From Malacoraja senta (lineage: Eukaryota): a stretch of DNA of 64,000 nt. The notes beneath the pieces are model-generated. The model was not told the DNA's origin, ran no database searches, and saw nothing but the letters and a program-made list of their open reading frames with translations. The stretch lies in assembly GCA_038087875.1 (NCBI GenBank), contig CM075996.1, forward strand, positions 8,744,001-8,808,000, in the 5' to 3' direction. Position numbers and translations under genes: made by a program. Numbering within the stretch: position 1 is the stretch's first letter; the number at the start of each line of letters is the position of its first letter. Shown here piece after piece: positions 49,670 through 63,261 of this stretch.

Positions 49670-52600
49670 TGATTTATTGATTGATATCTTTTTATTTCGA
49701 ACGATTAAAAAAAAGAAGAAAAGCAAAAATGAAAATGAATAATAAAGGAAAATTATATATATACATATATATACATAAATACATACACACATACATACAT
49801 ATACACATAAACACACATACACATATACATAACATATATGTACATACATAAATTAAAAAATCAAAAGCCAATTTCAACATAATACACATTAGACTCGTTC
49901 GAAAAGGGATAGGAAGAAGCCTATGCTTGTCAAGTCCTACCCCCATTCTTCACCATTTACAAATGCAAAATTCAATAAAATAAACTAAACAGACAATTCA
50001 AATAAAACTATTCCAATCAAGCTATTAAGAAAAAAAGAACAAAAAAAGAAAAGAACAAAAAGAACAAGCACCATTAACATCTGTGAGATTTACATTCTCC
50101 TTCCTCATTACTGTACTTTTCAAAGATATATCTTTTGTACATTTTTTTAAATTGCATTATATTCATACTTTGTTTAATCGTTTCGTCAAGACCATTCCAC
50201 AAAACCACCCCACAAATGGAAATACACATACTTTTTAAATTGGTCCGAGCATAATGCTGTTTCAAGTTTAGTTTCCCTCTAAAGTTATAACCCCCCTCTC
50301 TGTCTCTGAACAGTTTTTGTATGTTTACAGGTAGCAGTTTATTTTTTGCTTTATAAATTATTTGTGCAGTCTTAAATTCTACCAGATCCTTAATCTTTAA
50401 GGTGTGTAATTTTAAATACAGTATATTGGTGTGTTCATGATATCCTACATTGTTTACTATACGAATAGCTCTTTTTTGTAGTGTGCTTAGTGATTGTAAG
50501 GTGGTTTTGTAGGTGTTGCCCCATACTTCCACAGTAATTTAAATACAGTAACACAAGTGAGCTGTACAGAATATACAGTGCTCTCTCATTCAAAACATGC
50601 CTTGCTTTCCCCATCACTCCAATACTCTGTGCTACTTTTGCTCTCACATGTTTTATATGGGGTTTCCAGCAGATTTTGTGATCAAGAATCACACCCAGAA
50701 ATTTATTTTCATACACTCTTTCTATTTCAACATTATTTATCATTACCTTTACTTGTGTATTTATTTTGCGTTTTCCAAACAGCATAAGTTTGGTTTTGTT
50801 TAAATTTAATGATAATTTATTCAAATCAAACCATGTTTTTAGTTTACTCATTTCTGCTGTGACCACCTCCAAAAGCTGCTGCAAATTGTCCCCATCACAG
50901 AAAATATTAGTGTTATCTGCAAATAACACAAATTTCAAGAGGTTTGACACCCTACATATATCATTAATATACAAAATAAATAATTTGGGGCCCAAAACCG
51001 ACCCCTGTGGGACTCCACAAGTTATTTCTAAGCATGTTGATTTGCAGTCCCCTATTTGCACAAACTGATGTATTTTACTTATGTAGCTTCTCATCCACTC
51101 TAGTACAACCCCTCTGATTCCATACTTTTCTAGTTTTTTGATTAGCAAATGATGATCAATTGTATCGAATGCTTTTTTCAAATCTATAAATACACCCACT
51201 GCATATTTCTTGTTATCTATAGAACTGGTAATGTCTTCAATTAACTCCATTAATGCCATGGATGTCGATCTGTTTGACCTGAATCCATATTGACTATCAA
51301 CTAGCAATTCGTGCTTCTCGATAAAGTTATCTAATCTACTTACATACAGTTTTTCTAATATTTTTGAGAACTGAGAGAGTAACGACACCGGCCTGTAATT
51401 TGTAAATTGATTTCTGTCTCCCGCTTTATATAGTGGGATAACTTTGGCAGTTTTCATTTTACATGGAAATACACCAGTTTTGAAAGATAAATTGCAAATA
51501 TAAGTTAAGGGTTTTACAATTACACCAATAACTACCTTGATTAAAGCCATATCAATGTCATTCCAGTCTGTAGACCTTTTATTCTTACAATTACTAACAA
51601 TGTCAATAATCTCCTTTTCATCAGCTGCTTTCAAAAACATTGAGTTTGGGTTGCTGTCTAACAAATCCACAACCTTCCCCTCTCCTTCTTCTGACTGTGG
51701 ATTATCGATTTCTTCTGCCAGTTTTGGTCCCACACTTACAAAAAATGTGTTAAACCCATTAACCACATCATTCATATCGCTTACAGTTGTATCATTGTCT
51801 TCAAAATACTGAGGGTAGTTTATATTCATTGATCCATTCCTGATAATATTATTTAACACATTCCATATGCCCTTGATATTATTTTTATTATCGTTTAATA
51901 TTTTATTATAATAATCTTTCTTACATGTCCTCATAATACTAGTCAATTTTTTAAAATATCTTTTGTATTTACTTTCTGCTTCTATAGTTCTGAATTTTAT
52001 GAATTCTTTATACAAGATATTCTTTTTTTTGCATGTATTTTGTAGTCCTTTTGTCATCCATGGCGTATCTATATATTTTTGCTTCTTGTTGTGTTGTTTC
52101 AAAGGACAGTGTTCATCATATAATGATTTAAATATTATCAGGAATGTTTCATACGCTTTATTGGTATCAGTCTCTTTAAACACCTGTTTCCAATTTTGGG
52201 TCAGTAATACATTTCTAAATTTATTTATAGATTCTTCTGTTCTTACTCTCCTGTATCTAATCTTATTAACATCCTTACACTTAACATAATCACAAACAAA
52301 CATTACAAAAACCGGCAGATGGTCACTGATGTCATTTAGTAGTAACCCACTCTTTATGCTGTTGTCCATACTGTTTGTAAATATGTTGTCCATTAGAGTT
52401 GCACAGTGAGATGTTATTCTACTTGGTTTGGTGATAAGTGGAAAAAAACTCATACTGAACAATACATCGATAAATTCATCAGTCTGTTTGTGCTTGTTGG
52501 GATTTAAGAGATCTAAATTAAAATCCCCACAAATGAACACAACTCTGTGATCTTTCTTGGCAAACAATCTTTCCATACTATTCTTAAATATTTCAATATT

Positions 52601-53105
52601 GGAACCAGGTGCTCTGTATACACAACTTACAATTACATTTTTCTTTTTTTCCAGGTAGATTTCTACAGTAATAATCTCCATCACATCATCAATATTAGTT
52701 GTCATATTTTCCACTATTTTATAATTTAATCTTTTATCTACATACAAAGCCACCCCTCCTCCTTTTTATTTTTCCTATTTATGTAATTCAGTTCATATCC
52801 ATTTAACTCAAAATCCACACCCTTTTCAGTACTAAGCCAGGTCTCAGATATGGCTATCACATTGAATGGTTTGTTTAGATGACTTAAGTAATCCTTGATG
52901 TTGTGAAAATTTGCATATAAACTTCTGCTATTGAAATGAATTATTGACATTCCATGATCTGATTTTATGTTCATGTTGAATTGATCTTCAGAGTAATAAC
53001 AGCAGTTATTGTTTATATTGTTAAGAAAATTATTTTCAGGGTCAATATCTTGTTCAAAATCATGCATATTATGATCAGTGAATTTAAATGATTTAAGGTG
53101 GACGG
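49670..53105 (-). mobile_element. Crack/Daphne-like LINE (CR1/L2 group), near-complete ORF2 with two frameshifts
   Basis: APE (HFNSRSL, ISETWL, GDFN, SDHLP) plus RT (NYRPVSLL, QYGFR, DLKKAFDT, GVPQGSVLGP); 3'UTR microsatellite. Confidence 0.9.
50074..53100 (-). pseudogene. APE-RT ORF2 in three pieces (52738-53100, 50435-52753, 50074-50532); catalytic FADD reads FADN
   Basis: ORF track translations. Confidence 0.88.
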
Positions 53106-53911
53106 CTAAGATTGTAGACACGTGTAGTCTTTTTGCTGGATAACAAAAAAGCTTTTCACTGTACCTCGGTACATGTGACAATAAATAAATAAGTAGGTAG
53201 GTAGATGGGTAGATAGATAAACTGATTTTAAAAGATAGATAGATGGGTCGATAGAGAAACTGATTTTAAAAAGAAATTCAGAGCATGGCTCAGGTGCAGA
53301 AGTGAGGTGAGCTTTCAGTTTCCCCAGCCTGGGACCTTCACAGCCCAAAGCAGTTGCAGCCTTCCAAAGCACTTAGGCTTGATACGGCAATCTGCGCTGA
53401 CAACAGTGCAGTCGTGACGTTGTTTGTAGAATAAACATTAACTCGGGGCACTGTGGAAAAATTTCTAACCCGTTTATTTTAAAAATAGGATAGTGCCGTG
53501 GGAGAGCGGCGAAAACAAGATGGTGGAAGAGCTTGGCAGGTCACGCAGCATCTGTGGAGGCAAAGGGCTGCTTGGCGTTTTGGGCTGAGACCCTGCACAA
53601 GGATGTAGAGTCTCTAATGTTATGCAGGGTCTCTACACACCCGAGGGAAACATCGACCATCCTTTTTCCACCACAGATGCTGCTTGACCTGCCGAGATCC
53701 TGCAGCACATGAGGCAGCTGATATGCCTCCAAATAACAAGGCCCAGAGACCCAGGTTTGATCCTGTCTGCACGGAGTTTGCACGTTTTCCCTGTGCCCAC
53801 ACGGGTTTTCTCCAGGTGCTCCGGTTTCCTGCCTTATTCCAAAGACGGTAGACAAAAGTGCTAGAGAAACTCAGCGGGTGCGGCAGCATCTATGGTGCGA
53901 AGGAAGTGGGC

Positions 53912-53942
53912 AACGTTTCGGGCCGAAACCCTTCTTCAGACC
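53912..53942 (-). ncRNA. Minimal type I hammerhead motif in a PLE terminus
   Basis: GGT-CTGAAGA-A-GGGT-TTCG-GCCC-GAAAC-GTT, followed by GCC. Confidence 0.65.
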
Positions 53943-53967
53943 GGTTCCAAAGACGTACACGTTTTGT

Positions 53968-54280
53968 AGTTTAGTTTAGTTTAGAGATACAGCGCGGAAA
54001 CAGGCCCTTCGGTCCACCAGGTCCGCGCCAACCAGTGATCCCCGCACATTAACACTGTCCTACACCCACTAGGGATAATTTGTACATTTACCAAGCCAAT
54101 TAACTTACAAACCTGCACGTCTTTGGAGTGTGGAGGAAGCCGAAGATCTCGGAAAAAGCCACGCAGGTCACGGGGAGAACGTGCAAGCTCCGTGCAGACA
54201 GCACCCGTAGTCGGGATGGAACCCGGGTCTCCAGCGCTGCATTCGCTGTAAGGCAGCAACTCTACCGCTGCGCCACCATG
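53968..54280 (-). mobile_element. HE1-like V-SINE, gaatgcagc-insertion subfamily
   Basis: Reverse orientation. Confidence 0.85.
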
Positions 54281-54804
54281 ACAGTCCTTAAAGGTTAATT
54301 GACTTATGTAAATTTTCCGTTGTGTGTAGGACAGGACTGGTCTACGTGTGGTCACTGGTCGACACAGTCTCAGTGGGCAAAGAGCCTGTTTCAATAGCCC
54401 CGCTGACAGTGCAGCACTTCACACACGGGGCACCATTGAAACAGATTGCTGCGGTAATCAGTTAGCAGCTCCACCTGGTAGAGCCACTGCCTCATGGTTT
54501 GGAAACAGACCACGGCTGCCGTCTGTTGTGGAGTTTGCACGTCCTCCCTGTGACTGTGAGTGGGCTTCCCCATGTGCTCCGGTTTCCCGCCACAAACTGG
54601 CAGATTAATCAGCCATTGTAAATCACCCCCAGTAGGTGAGTGCCAGAATGTGGGGGCAAGGAGTTGACGGCACTATGAGGAGAATCAAATGGGTTTAGTG
54701 GCCGTTGCAAATAGTCCCCTTCTTATCAAGTCCACACACAAGATCAGAAGTTGTTCAGACAGAGCTGAACACACTTCTCGGCATCTGCATGCAATGGTGT
54801 CTGT

Positions 54805-55985
54805 CGCTGCCTCAGAGGGCAGTGGAGGCCGGTTCTCTGGATACTTTTAAGAGCGAGCTAGATAGGGCTCTTAAAGATAGCGGAGTCAGAGGATATGGGG
54901 AGAAGGCAGGAACAGGGTACTGATTGGGGATGATCAGCCATGATCACATTGAATGGCGGTGCTGGCTCGAAGGGCCAAATTGCCTACTCCTGCAACTATT
55001 GTCTATTGTCTAGTGACTCTATTCCCTGGAGTGCAGGAGGATGTTGGGTGATCTTATAGAGGTGTATAAAATCATGAGAGGAATAGATTGGGTAGATGCA
55101 GAGTCTCTTGCCCAGAGTAGGAGAAATGAGGACCAGAGGACACTAGTTTAAGGTGAAGGGGAAAAGATTTAATAGGAATGAGGGGTAACTTTTTCCACAC
55201 AAAGGGTGGTGGGTGTATGGAACAAGCTGCCACAGGAGATAGTTGTGGCTGGGACAATCCCAACATTTAAGAAGCAGTTAGACAGGCACATGGATAGGAG
55301 AGGTTTGGAGGGATATGGACCAAGTGTTGGCTGGTGGGCTAGTGCAGCTGGGACATGTTGGTCGGTGTGGGCAAGTTGGGCTGAAGGACCCGTTTCCACA
55401 CTGTATCACACTGTGACTATCACTCTAATTAGCGCTCACTGCAGGACTCAGCTAAAGAATTGTATGAAAAAATACAAACGTTTGAGTTTAGTTTAGTTCA
55501 GTTTAGAGATACAGCGCGGAAACGGACCCTTCGGCCCACTGAGTTGGTGCCGACCAGTGATCCCCGCACGTCCCTCTACTCGATCCCTCTGGTTGAACTA
55601 AGGAGTGTCAGATTCATGGCATTTGTGGAGTCGCCCCTAAACAAGAAACGGGAACAGAGTGGGTTACCGTCACAGTCTTTTTCCCAGGTAAAGCCAGAGG
55701 GCATAGGTTTTAGGTGAGAGGGGAGAGATTTTAGAGGGACCTCAGGGGCAACTATTTCCACTCAGAGGGTAGTCTTTATCAAGAATAAGATGCCAGAGGA
55801 TGCTGTAAAAGTGGATACAAGTACTAGTTTTAAAAGAAGTTGGACACATGTATGGATAGGACGCGTTCAGAGGGATGTGGGACAAAACAGGAAAATGGGA
55901 CTAGCCCATTCAGTCAACTTGGTCGGCATGGACAAGGTGGGCCGAAGGGCCAATTTCCATGCTGTACAGCATTACGACTCTAAAC
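54805..55985 (+). mobile_element. Three CR1 3' fragments of different ages plus a SINE tail
   Basis: Repeated RGDLIEVYKI / TRGH / WNKLP remnants and tails. Confidence 0.75.
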
Positions 55986-56546
55986 GTCAATAGTCACGAG
56001 TGTTTGCTTGCCATATATACCAAAACACAACAATGAAATTTGTACTTGCAGCTACATAACAGGTCTGTAAACACCTTGCTTATGGATGTGTGCACACACA
56101 GGAAGAGAATGGTCTTCCGAAGCGAGGCGCAGAAGTGCCGAGGAAAATTGGACTCGCTGTAATTCTCCTTTGGGAAGCCAAGTACACATTCTCGAGCGAG
56201 CTCATGGTTAAAAACCTTAAAGGTAAACAGCATCCTGCAGTGGTAATATTCATAGTCTCTGAAGAGCAGCAAACTATATTCAAGGAGAGGGAGAAACTAA
56301 AGACTTGCATGAAGCAATGATCGGGATAATTGAACGATAGATATTAGGAGTTAAGAAAAGAATGAATGAATTCGATAAAGAGATGGAAGAGTGTAAATAA
56401 AGAGAGATGATGGTGATAGATCAGAGAGAGGAAGGCAAAGGGAATATAGATCAGTAGTTACTATTGCCAGTCCCCTGGCAAAAATGTCAGGGGATTTAAT
56501 AGTGAGGAGAATAGCCTCTGTAGGTGTTCCTGCAGTTGCAGACTTA

Positions 56547-56763
56547 AGGGCCGGTCCCACTTAGGCGATTTCTTGAGCGACTACAGGCGACTGTTGCAAA
56601 ATTTGCAACATGTTGAAAAACTTTCGGCGACAGTGACGACAATTTTTGCTGTCGTAGGTTGACGTGGATGTTGTCATAGGTGTTGTCGTAGGTTGTCGCC
56701 AGGTGTCGTAGGTGAATTCCATTAAAACCTGTCCCTGGCAGTCGCCTAAGTAGGACGGGACCT
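56547..56763. mobile_element. PIF/Harbinger-type MITE
   Basis: AGGGCCGGTCCCACTTAGGCGA / TCGCCTAAGTAGGACGGGACCT; TTA on both sides. Confidence 0.8.
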
Positions 56764-56769
56764 TTAAAA

Positions 56770-57032
56770 CATGGATGCTGTATTGCCAGAGTCCAACAGT
56801 GAGGTGGGCGGGGGGGACGAGGGGCAGGTATATCTCCACTTTTTTCTTTTTTTCTTTTTTCTCTCATATCTTTATTCACTCTTTGGCCACAATACTTTGG
56901 TAGTCCAGGGATCCTATCTTTTCACTTTAGGTTAAAATTGAAGCTGTACAATAATTGTGTAATTTTACATGCCGAATGTTTTATTCTTGTACAATTGCTT
57001 CTAATAAAAATAATAATAAAAAAATAAAAAAT
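56770..57032 (+). mobile_element. L1 3'UTR and poly-A fragment, same family as ~48950-49233
   Basis: gttaaaattgaagctgtacaataattg...ttgtacaattgcttctaataaaa. Confidence 0.75.
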
Positions 57033-60000
57033 AACAATGCGTGAAATTCTGGTCGCTATATCATTGGAAGGATGCGATTATGCTGGAGAGTGTAGAAAAG
57101 GTTCAAAATGCTGTTGCTAGGACTGGGGGGCTTAAGTAACAAAGAGAGTGGACAAGTTGGAACAGGGGTCGACCTTGCAGAAGTTTATAAAACCATGAGG
57201 ATTTATAAGGTGATAAAAGGTAGATAAGGTGACAGTCTCTTTACCAGGGCTGGAGACTCTAAAACTAGAGGATGTAGACAAAAAGCGAGAGCAGACAAAT
57301 CCAAAGGATAGCCGAGGAGCAAACAGAGCATATGGAACAAGCAGCCAGAAGAAGTGGCAGAGGCGAGTACAATGTTTAAGACATTTGGATGGGTAGATAG
57401 GAAAAGTTGACAGGAAATATAAAACAAACACAGGCAAATAGGACAAGCTCAGGAAGGTATCTTGATCAACATGGAGAGTTGTATTGTAGGGTCTGTTTCT
57501 ATGCTGTATAAATCTATGACTCTACCATACTGAACCTGCCAATTTCTTGCCCGTAACCTAGCTACATTCTTTTACAGGCTGTGATCTCATAACTTGTTCA
57601 CCTGCTGATCTACTATCAGCTGCAACTTTTGCCACAATGCACTGAATCACTTCAATAATATGCTTTGTAAATAGCTGAGGTCCTCAGGACATCCCACTGG
57701 TATTCCAATCTGAAAATGATCCACTAATTCCAACTCTGGAGCCAATTATTTGTCCAGGTCAGTATAATATTCTCACCCCTATGCCCTCTTGTTGCAGTAA
57801 CCCTCCGAGGCACGTTAGCCTTGTAGTCACATGGCAAAGAAAGAGGCCCTTCGACCCAACTCATTCATGATCAAGAAACCTCATCTAAGCTGGTTCAATT
57901 TGCCATATCTCTCTAAACCTTCCCTATCCATGTTCCTGTCCAACTAGCTTTTAAATGCTGTTTTACTTCGGAGTCACGTGAGTGACTACGTGAAGAACCC
58001 CGTCAGGGCGCATGCGCGTCATTACGTCTGACGCATTGGCGACAACGGCAGCAGGAGCACGGAGCTCTTGCTGCAGGTGAGTAAGTACAGCTCCACCAAA
58101 GTCGGGGAGACTTTGGAGGAGTTAGAGAAAAGTAAAGAAATTGTTTCTGTGTGTTTTTCCCCCACATACAGGAACAAGGAAAAGGTGCAGGCTGCTGCCG
58201 ACAAGGAGAGAGAGAGCTGCGGGACGCAGTCTCTGAAAGGCAGCTTGTCACCTCGGGGGAGTCGCAAGCCGGTAGCGGTGCGGCGACAGACTTGGCGAAG
58301 TGCCCAGCCGGGTACACAGCCAACGCCAGTCGGGCGGCCGGCATAACCCAAGTCTGTAAGGGCTGTAGACTCCGCAGAGTCGGGCCACGAGAGTCCCGTC
58401 GGGGACAGGATACCGTTCCCCAGCGGTTATCCAAAAGGAGCAGCTCATACAGGGGCTGCTCCACAAAGACGCTCCAGGAGGAGTAGTGCAGGCGGGAAGC
58501 CATAGGGAAGGCTCCACTGGCAGTGCCTAGGAGAGGTCTGCTTCATAAAGCCATACTCCAGGAGGAGTTGTGCAGGCGGGAGGCCGTGGGGACGGCTCCG
58601 CTGGCAGTGCCTAGTAGAGGCCTGCTTGAAAGCACCCTCTTTGCAAGAGGTGAGTGCAGAAGGGCAGATACGCTCTGACCCTGAGTCCGACGACTTCCAA
58701 AGGGAGGGCAGGCAGCTGTCAGAGCTGACACCGTGTGCAGCACGGTTTGCCATGTCGTCGGACGCTGGTGAGCCTCTGGGTGAGGAACTTGCCACCAGCA
58801 TAAATTACCAAGTCTCACATCAGCTACAGGAGCTGACAATGGATGAGACAGTAACGAAGTATGAAGCCCCAACCAACTGTGGACTGTTAAAAGTTCCTGT
58901 TGGGAACAGGAAGAATTGGGGCAAGATGGGCATACTAATGAAAGCCCAGGAGCATGTGAAGCTCCAGCATATTTTTAGTTGCTGGCATCTGGTATAACGA
59001 GCTTTGCCAGGATGGTGGATGGAGAGGCCATGACAAATTACAACAAAAGGCGCTATTGTGGAGTGCCCACTTTGAGATCAACTGCCTCCGCAAGATGCGA
59101 TTAGACCAACCATCAATGCTAAATATGCTTCACTCTGCCAGCCTGGCACAGTGCAACCGGCACAGCTGTTGGCGAGGATTTCGCACAGCAGGTGAAGGAG
59201 CTGGAGGAGGAGGCTAAGACGGCAGCCACATATTCACCAAAGCGGAAGTATCCCTATAAGGGAGCAGACTGGTCCGGGCAAGGGACGAGTCCAGCTACGA
59301 TGCAGCGCAGTTGGCGTTCGGCTGTAGCACCGCCACGGAGGTGAGATATCCAGCTCAAGGCTGGGGAAGAATGCCAGGTGGTAAGGAAGTAAGAGGGTCT
59401 GGTTCTCATGTAGACAGATCTAATGTGATACAATTAAATGTTTACCTCAGATATGTTTATACTGAAGGTTTAAAATTCAGCTGGATACAATCCACTGCCT
59501 AATGGTTTCTCTTCAGCTCCTAGAGGGATTACAAAGTTGTTAAAACCTATTCTAGGCATGATGAGAAGTCAAGGTCATGTTTCATGGCTTAGCTAGATAA
59601 TATCTTGATTGTAGGACAATCAAAGGAAACAGCTGAAGCATCAGTGGCAGTTGGTAAAAAACATTTTTTAATTGGGCTTTATAAGCTATCCAGAGAAATC
59701 TAAATTTATACCTGTGACACAAATTGACTAGTTGGGTTCATAACGGACTTAATCAACATCATTGTGACCTTGCCCAGGCTAAAAAAGGGTAGAGCTAATT
59801 AAGACCTATATCAAGTTTATTGCTGACACACAGCCTTCAATTAGCCAGGTGACAAGTCTGCTGTGGTAATGGCTGGCAGCATTTCCAGCAGTTCAATATG
59901 GCCACTTTATTATCTACAATTACAAAGGTCAAAGGAACAAGCATTGATACATTGGGGTCATTATAATAGACCTATGCTTCTATCAATAGAGGCTGTTGCT

Positions 60001-61449
60001 GATGTACAATGGTGGATTCAGCATGTGTCCACTAGTAGTTCCAAAGTGTTATTGGACCAAGCTTCCATGATTTGCAGACAGATGTCAGAGCACTTGGGTA
60101 GGGTGCTACTGATACAAGATCCAGTGGTGGAGACAGATGAACATTGCTTCTGCAAACATGGGGAATTAACCAAGAGTATTTTATGGACTCAAGGCTTATG
60201 GCACTAACTAAACTAGTTTGCATGTGCAGTGCAAAATAGACAACACTACCGCAGTTGCTGATATGAATCACATGGATGGAATCAAATCGTTATCATGTGA
60301 CAGGTTGGCAAATACAATTGGACCTGGAGTAGGGATAGAGAGATTTGGATTGGAGCTATCTATCTGCCAGGGAAACTTAATGTAGTACCAGATGGCAGCT
60401 CATGAAAATTCCATCATAACACAGAGTGGATGTGGAACCAGGATGTGTTCAAGAACATAGTACTTCTATATGGAAGGCCAAAATATGTTTCATAGGCACC
60501 AGATCCAGGGGCAGTGGCAATTGATGTTTTTTCACTAAATTGGGATGATATGTTTGTGTACATTTTCCCATCATTCTGCCTCATAGGTCGGTGTTTGAGA
60601 AAATCAAGCAGGATGCCGCTTCAGGGGTTTTGGTGATACCAAATTGCCTGATTCAACCATGGTTCCCTTTGATGTTACAGATAGCGATCCAACCTCTTTT
60701 TGCTGATTCCAAGCAGTAGGAATTTGCTGGAGCATCCAGTAACGCATTAAGTTCATCCGTTATGTGATGGTATGGATCTGTTAATTTGCAGGTTTTAAGA
60801 ATGCCTTACATTGGTCGAGGACTTTCTAGGCCAACGGTGGATATACTCACTGCAGCCTGGAGAAACAGTACTCAAAAACAGTATATGACTTGTGTAAAAA
60901 AAATAAAAAAAATGGGAACAATATGGTGTTCAAAAGAATATTCAATATGATATTGTAGTTATTGAAAATGTGTTAGAGTTTATCTACACTTTATTATGAT
61001 GAGGGTCTTAGCTATACTGCTATCAATACAGCTAGAAGTGCTTGGTCGGCATATCTTGTAATAGGTACACGGACACAAAGTATAGGTTCTCACCCTCTCA
61101 TATCTAGGTTGATGAAAGGAATCTTTAATTCCAAACCGCCTAAGCCTAGGTATATGGTAATCTGCGAGGTAAGTGTTGTTCGTAACATACTTCGTCATTG
61201 GGTCCTTGTCACGTCTATAACTTTGTTAAAATTAACCATGAAATTGGCTATGCTAATGGCATTGGTGTCAGTACAGAGAGTGCAGACTTTCCAAAAACTT
61301 CAGTTCGAGAGAATGGAAGTGAATACAGAGAATGTTCTGTTTTATATTTCTGACCTGCTCAAATTTGTTACATTACATTGAAGCCACAAGGGCTTTAAGA
61401 CAAGAAGAAACAGGATTATTTCTGAGTTACAAGAAGCCAACATAAAAGA

Positions 61450-61704
61450 GTGGCAGTTCAGACTATCTCAAGGTGGTTAAAGCAAGAGTTGGTTCAGGCA
61501 GGAATTAACATTTATGTGTTTACATCTCATTCCACTAGCGCAGTAGCAACATCCGCGGCTAGGGCGATGGACGTTCCCATCGACCATATATTAAAAGCCG
61601 CAGGTTGGAAAAATGAACTTGTGTTTCAGCAATACTACCATCGGCCGATTGCCGATGGAGGGCTGTTTGCCAACTCAATATTGAGTGCTGTTGCTATTGT
61701 TTAA
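61450..61704 (+). pseudogene. DIRS tyrosine recombinase C-terminal fragment
   Basis: TISRWLK...HST(R>S)...AGW...YY motif. Confidence 0.8.
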
Positions 61705-62252
61705 AGTCTGTTTTCAATACTGTTTCATTCTGTTTCGTTTGTTGCCCTACATTAAGAGGGTTTATTGGTTGTTTTATGACCAAAAATAAAACTGTTTTGT
61801 TTTTGCATGATATGCAATGTCATGTTTACAGCATTATTGATGATACTCGGAGTCAATCGATGCAGTGAGAAGCCGGGATTTTGATCTGCGGCATAAAAAT
61901 CACAGAGCTTTAAAATCTTCACGTAGTCACTCACGTGACTCCGAAGTAAAATAGTAAGATTAAACGAGCTTACCAGTTTGAAGTTTGATCTTTATTATAT
62001 GAGGAGTTACGTTGGTGATTACGTGCCCGCCACGCCCAACCCTCTCTCATAGAAAAAAGGTCATAATGGTAGTTCTCATGTTGATCATCTTAATATGTTA
62101 CTTCAATTATGGTGTTGTCTGTGATTTCATACCGCTGCTTTGAAGATTGACGCGCATGCGCCCTGATGGGGTTCTTCACGTAATCACCAACGTAACTCCT
62201 CATAAAATAAAGATCAAACTTCAAACTTGGTAAGTTCTCGTTTAATCTTACT

Positions 62253-62614
62253 ATTTTGGCTCGTAGATTAAGCTTAGTTATCAGTAAACTAATACATCCA
62301 GATCAAACTGGGTTTATACCTAAACGACACACGTTTTATAACTTGAGCCATTTGTTTAACATAATATATTCGCAGAGAATGCCAAATGAAGATCTAACAA
62401 ATATTTCTCTAGATGCAGAAAAAGCTTTCGACCAAGTAGAATGGTCTTATCTTTTCACAGTGTTGGAAAAATTTCAATTGGGAGAAAACTTTACTTTATG
62501 TGTGAAGCTTTTATACACTAACCCGACAGCTAGAATACCGACAGATCAAATGCTTTCACCTAAATGTTATCTAGGGGTAACAGACAAGGATGTGCTCTTT
62601 CTTCAATGTTATTT
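62253..62614 (+). repeat. Near-identical 362-bp duplicate of 45962-46323 (L1 flank of DIRS copy 1)
   Basis: Same translation MARRLSLVISK...; one substitution seen (46210 G vs 62501 T). Confidence 0.95.
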
Positions 62615-63261
62615 ACTTCAAACTGGTAAGTTCTCGTTTAATCTTACTATTATTGTACCTGCTCTACAACTTCCTTGGAAGCTTGCCACATATACACACA
62701 AACAGCAGAGTGAAAAAATATTCCGCTCGGGTTACTACTAAATCTTTCCCCTCTCACCTTAAATCTATATCCTCTGGTTCTTGATTCCCATACTCTGTGT
62801 AAACAACTGTGCATGTAGCTTTGTACAGCCTTCTTGGTTATTTTCTGTGCAGTTCCATGATACTTAAAAAGATGCAAAGGAATCCTAGGTAGACAAAAAT
62901 GCGAGTTTCTCCAGCATTTTTGTCTACCTTCGAATTTCCAGCATCTGCAGTTCCTTCTTAAACAAAGCAATCCTGGAATACCTGCAAATCCCCTTTTCAC
63001 CATTTAAAATGCATTTTTCTTTCCAAAGATTTAGATTCAAGGTTTGCTGTATTTTTCAATTATCATGTGCTTGTAATTTAATGCTTCCTTCTGTAGTGCT
63101 TAGAATACTGTCCATCGTCATCATTGGCAAATTTAGGCACAACTTTCTGAATCATCCAAGTCAATTATTAATCCAGCAAGGAGCCGTAGCTGCAACACAA
63201 ATCTTCACAGATCACAGTAATCACATCCTGCCAATTTCAAAACCTACCATTACCATTATAG

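Larger units (their letters stand above)
57961..62648 (+). mobile_element. DIRS1-like retrotransposon, copy 2 (distinct subfamily), inserted in an antisense CR1 tail; right end duplicated around captured L1 DNA
   Basis: ITRs, ICR 61917-62025, YR C-terminus (HSTSAVATSAA...AAGWKNELVFQQYY); flanks rejoin as aaatgctgtt|attgtacctg. Confidence 0.9.

Noticed and set aside
58003..58997. Multiple 90-166 aa ORFs
   Set aside because: Fragments and antisense frames of the decayed GC-rich DIRS ORF1 region
57961..62252. DIRS copy 2 as a segmental duplicate of copy 1
   Set aside because: Different left flanks and clearly divergent interiors; only the termini and the 362-bp piece are near-identical
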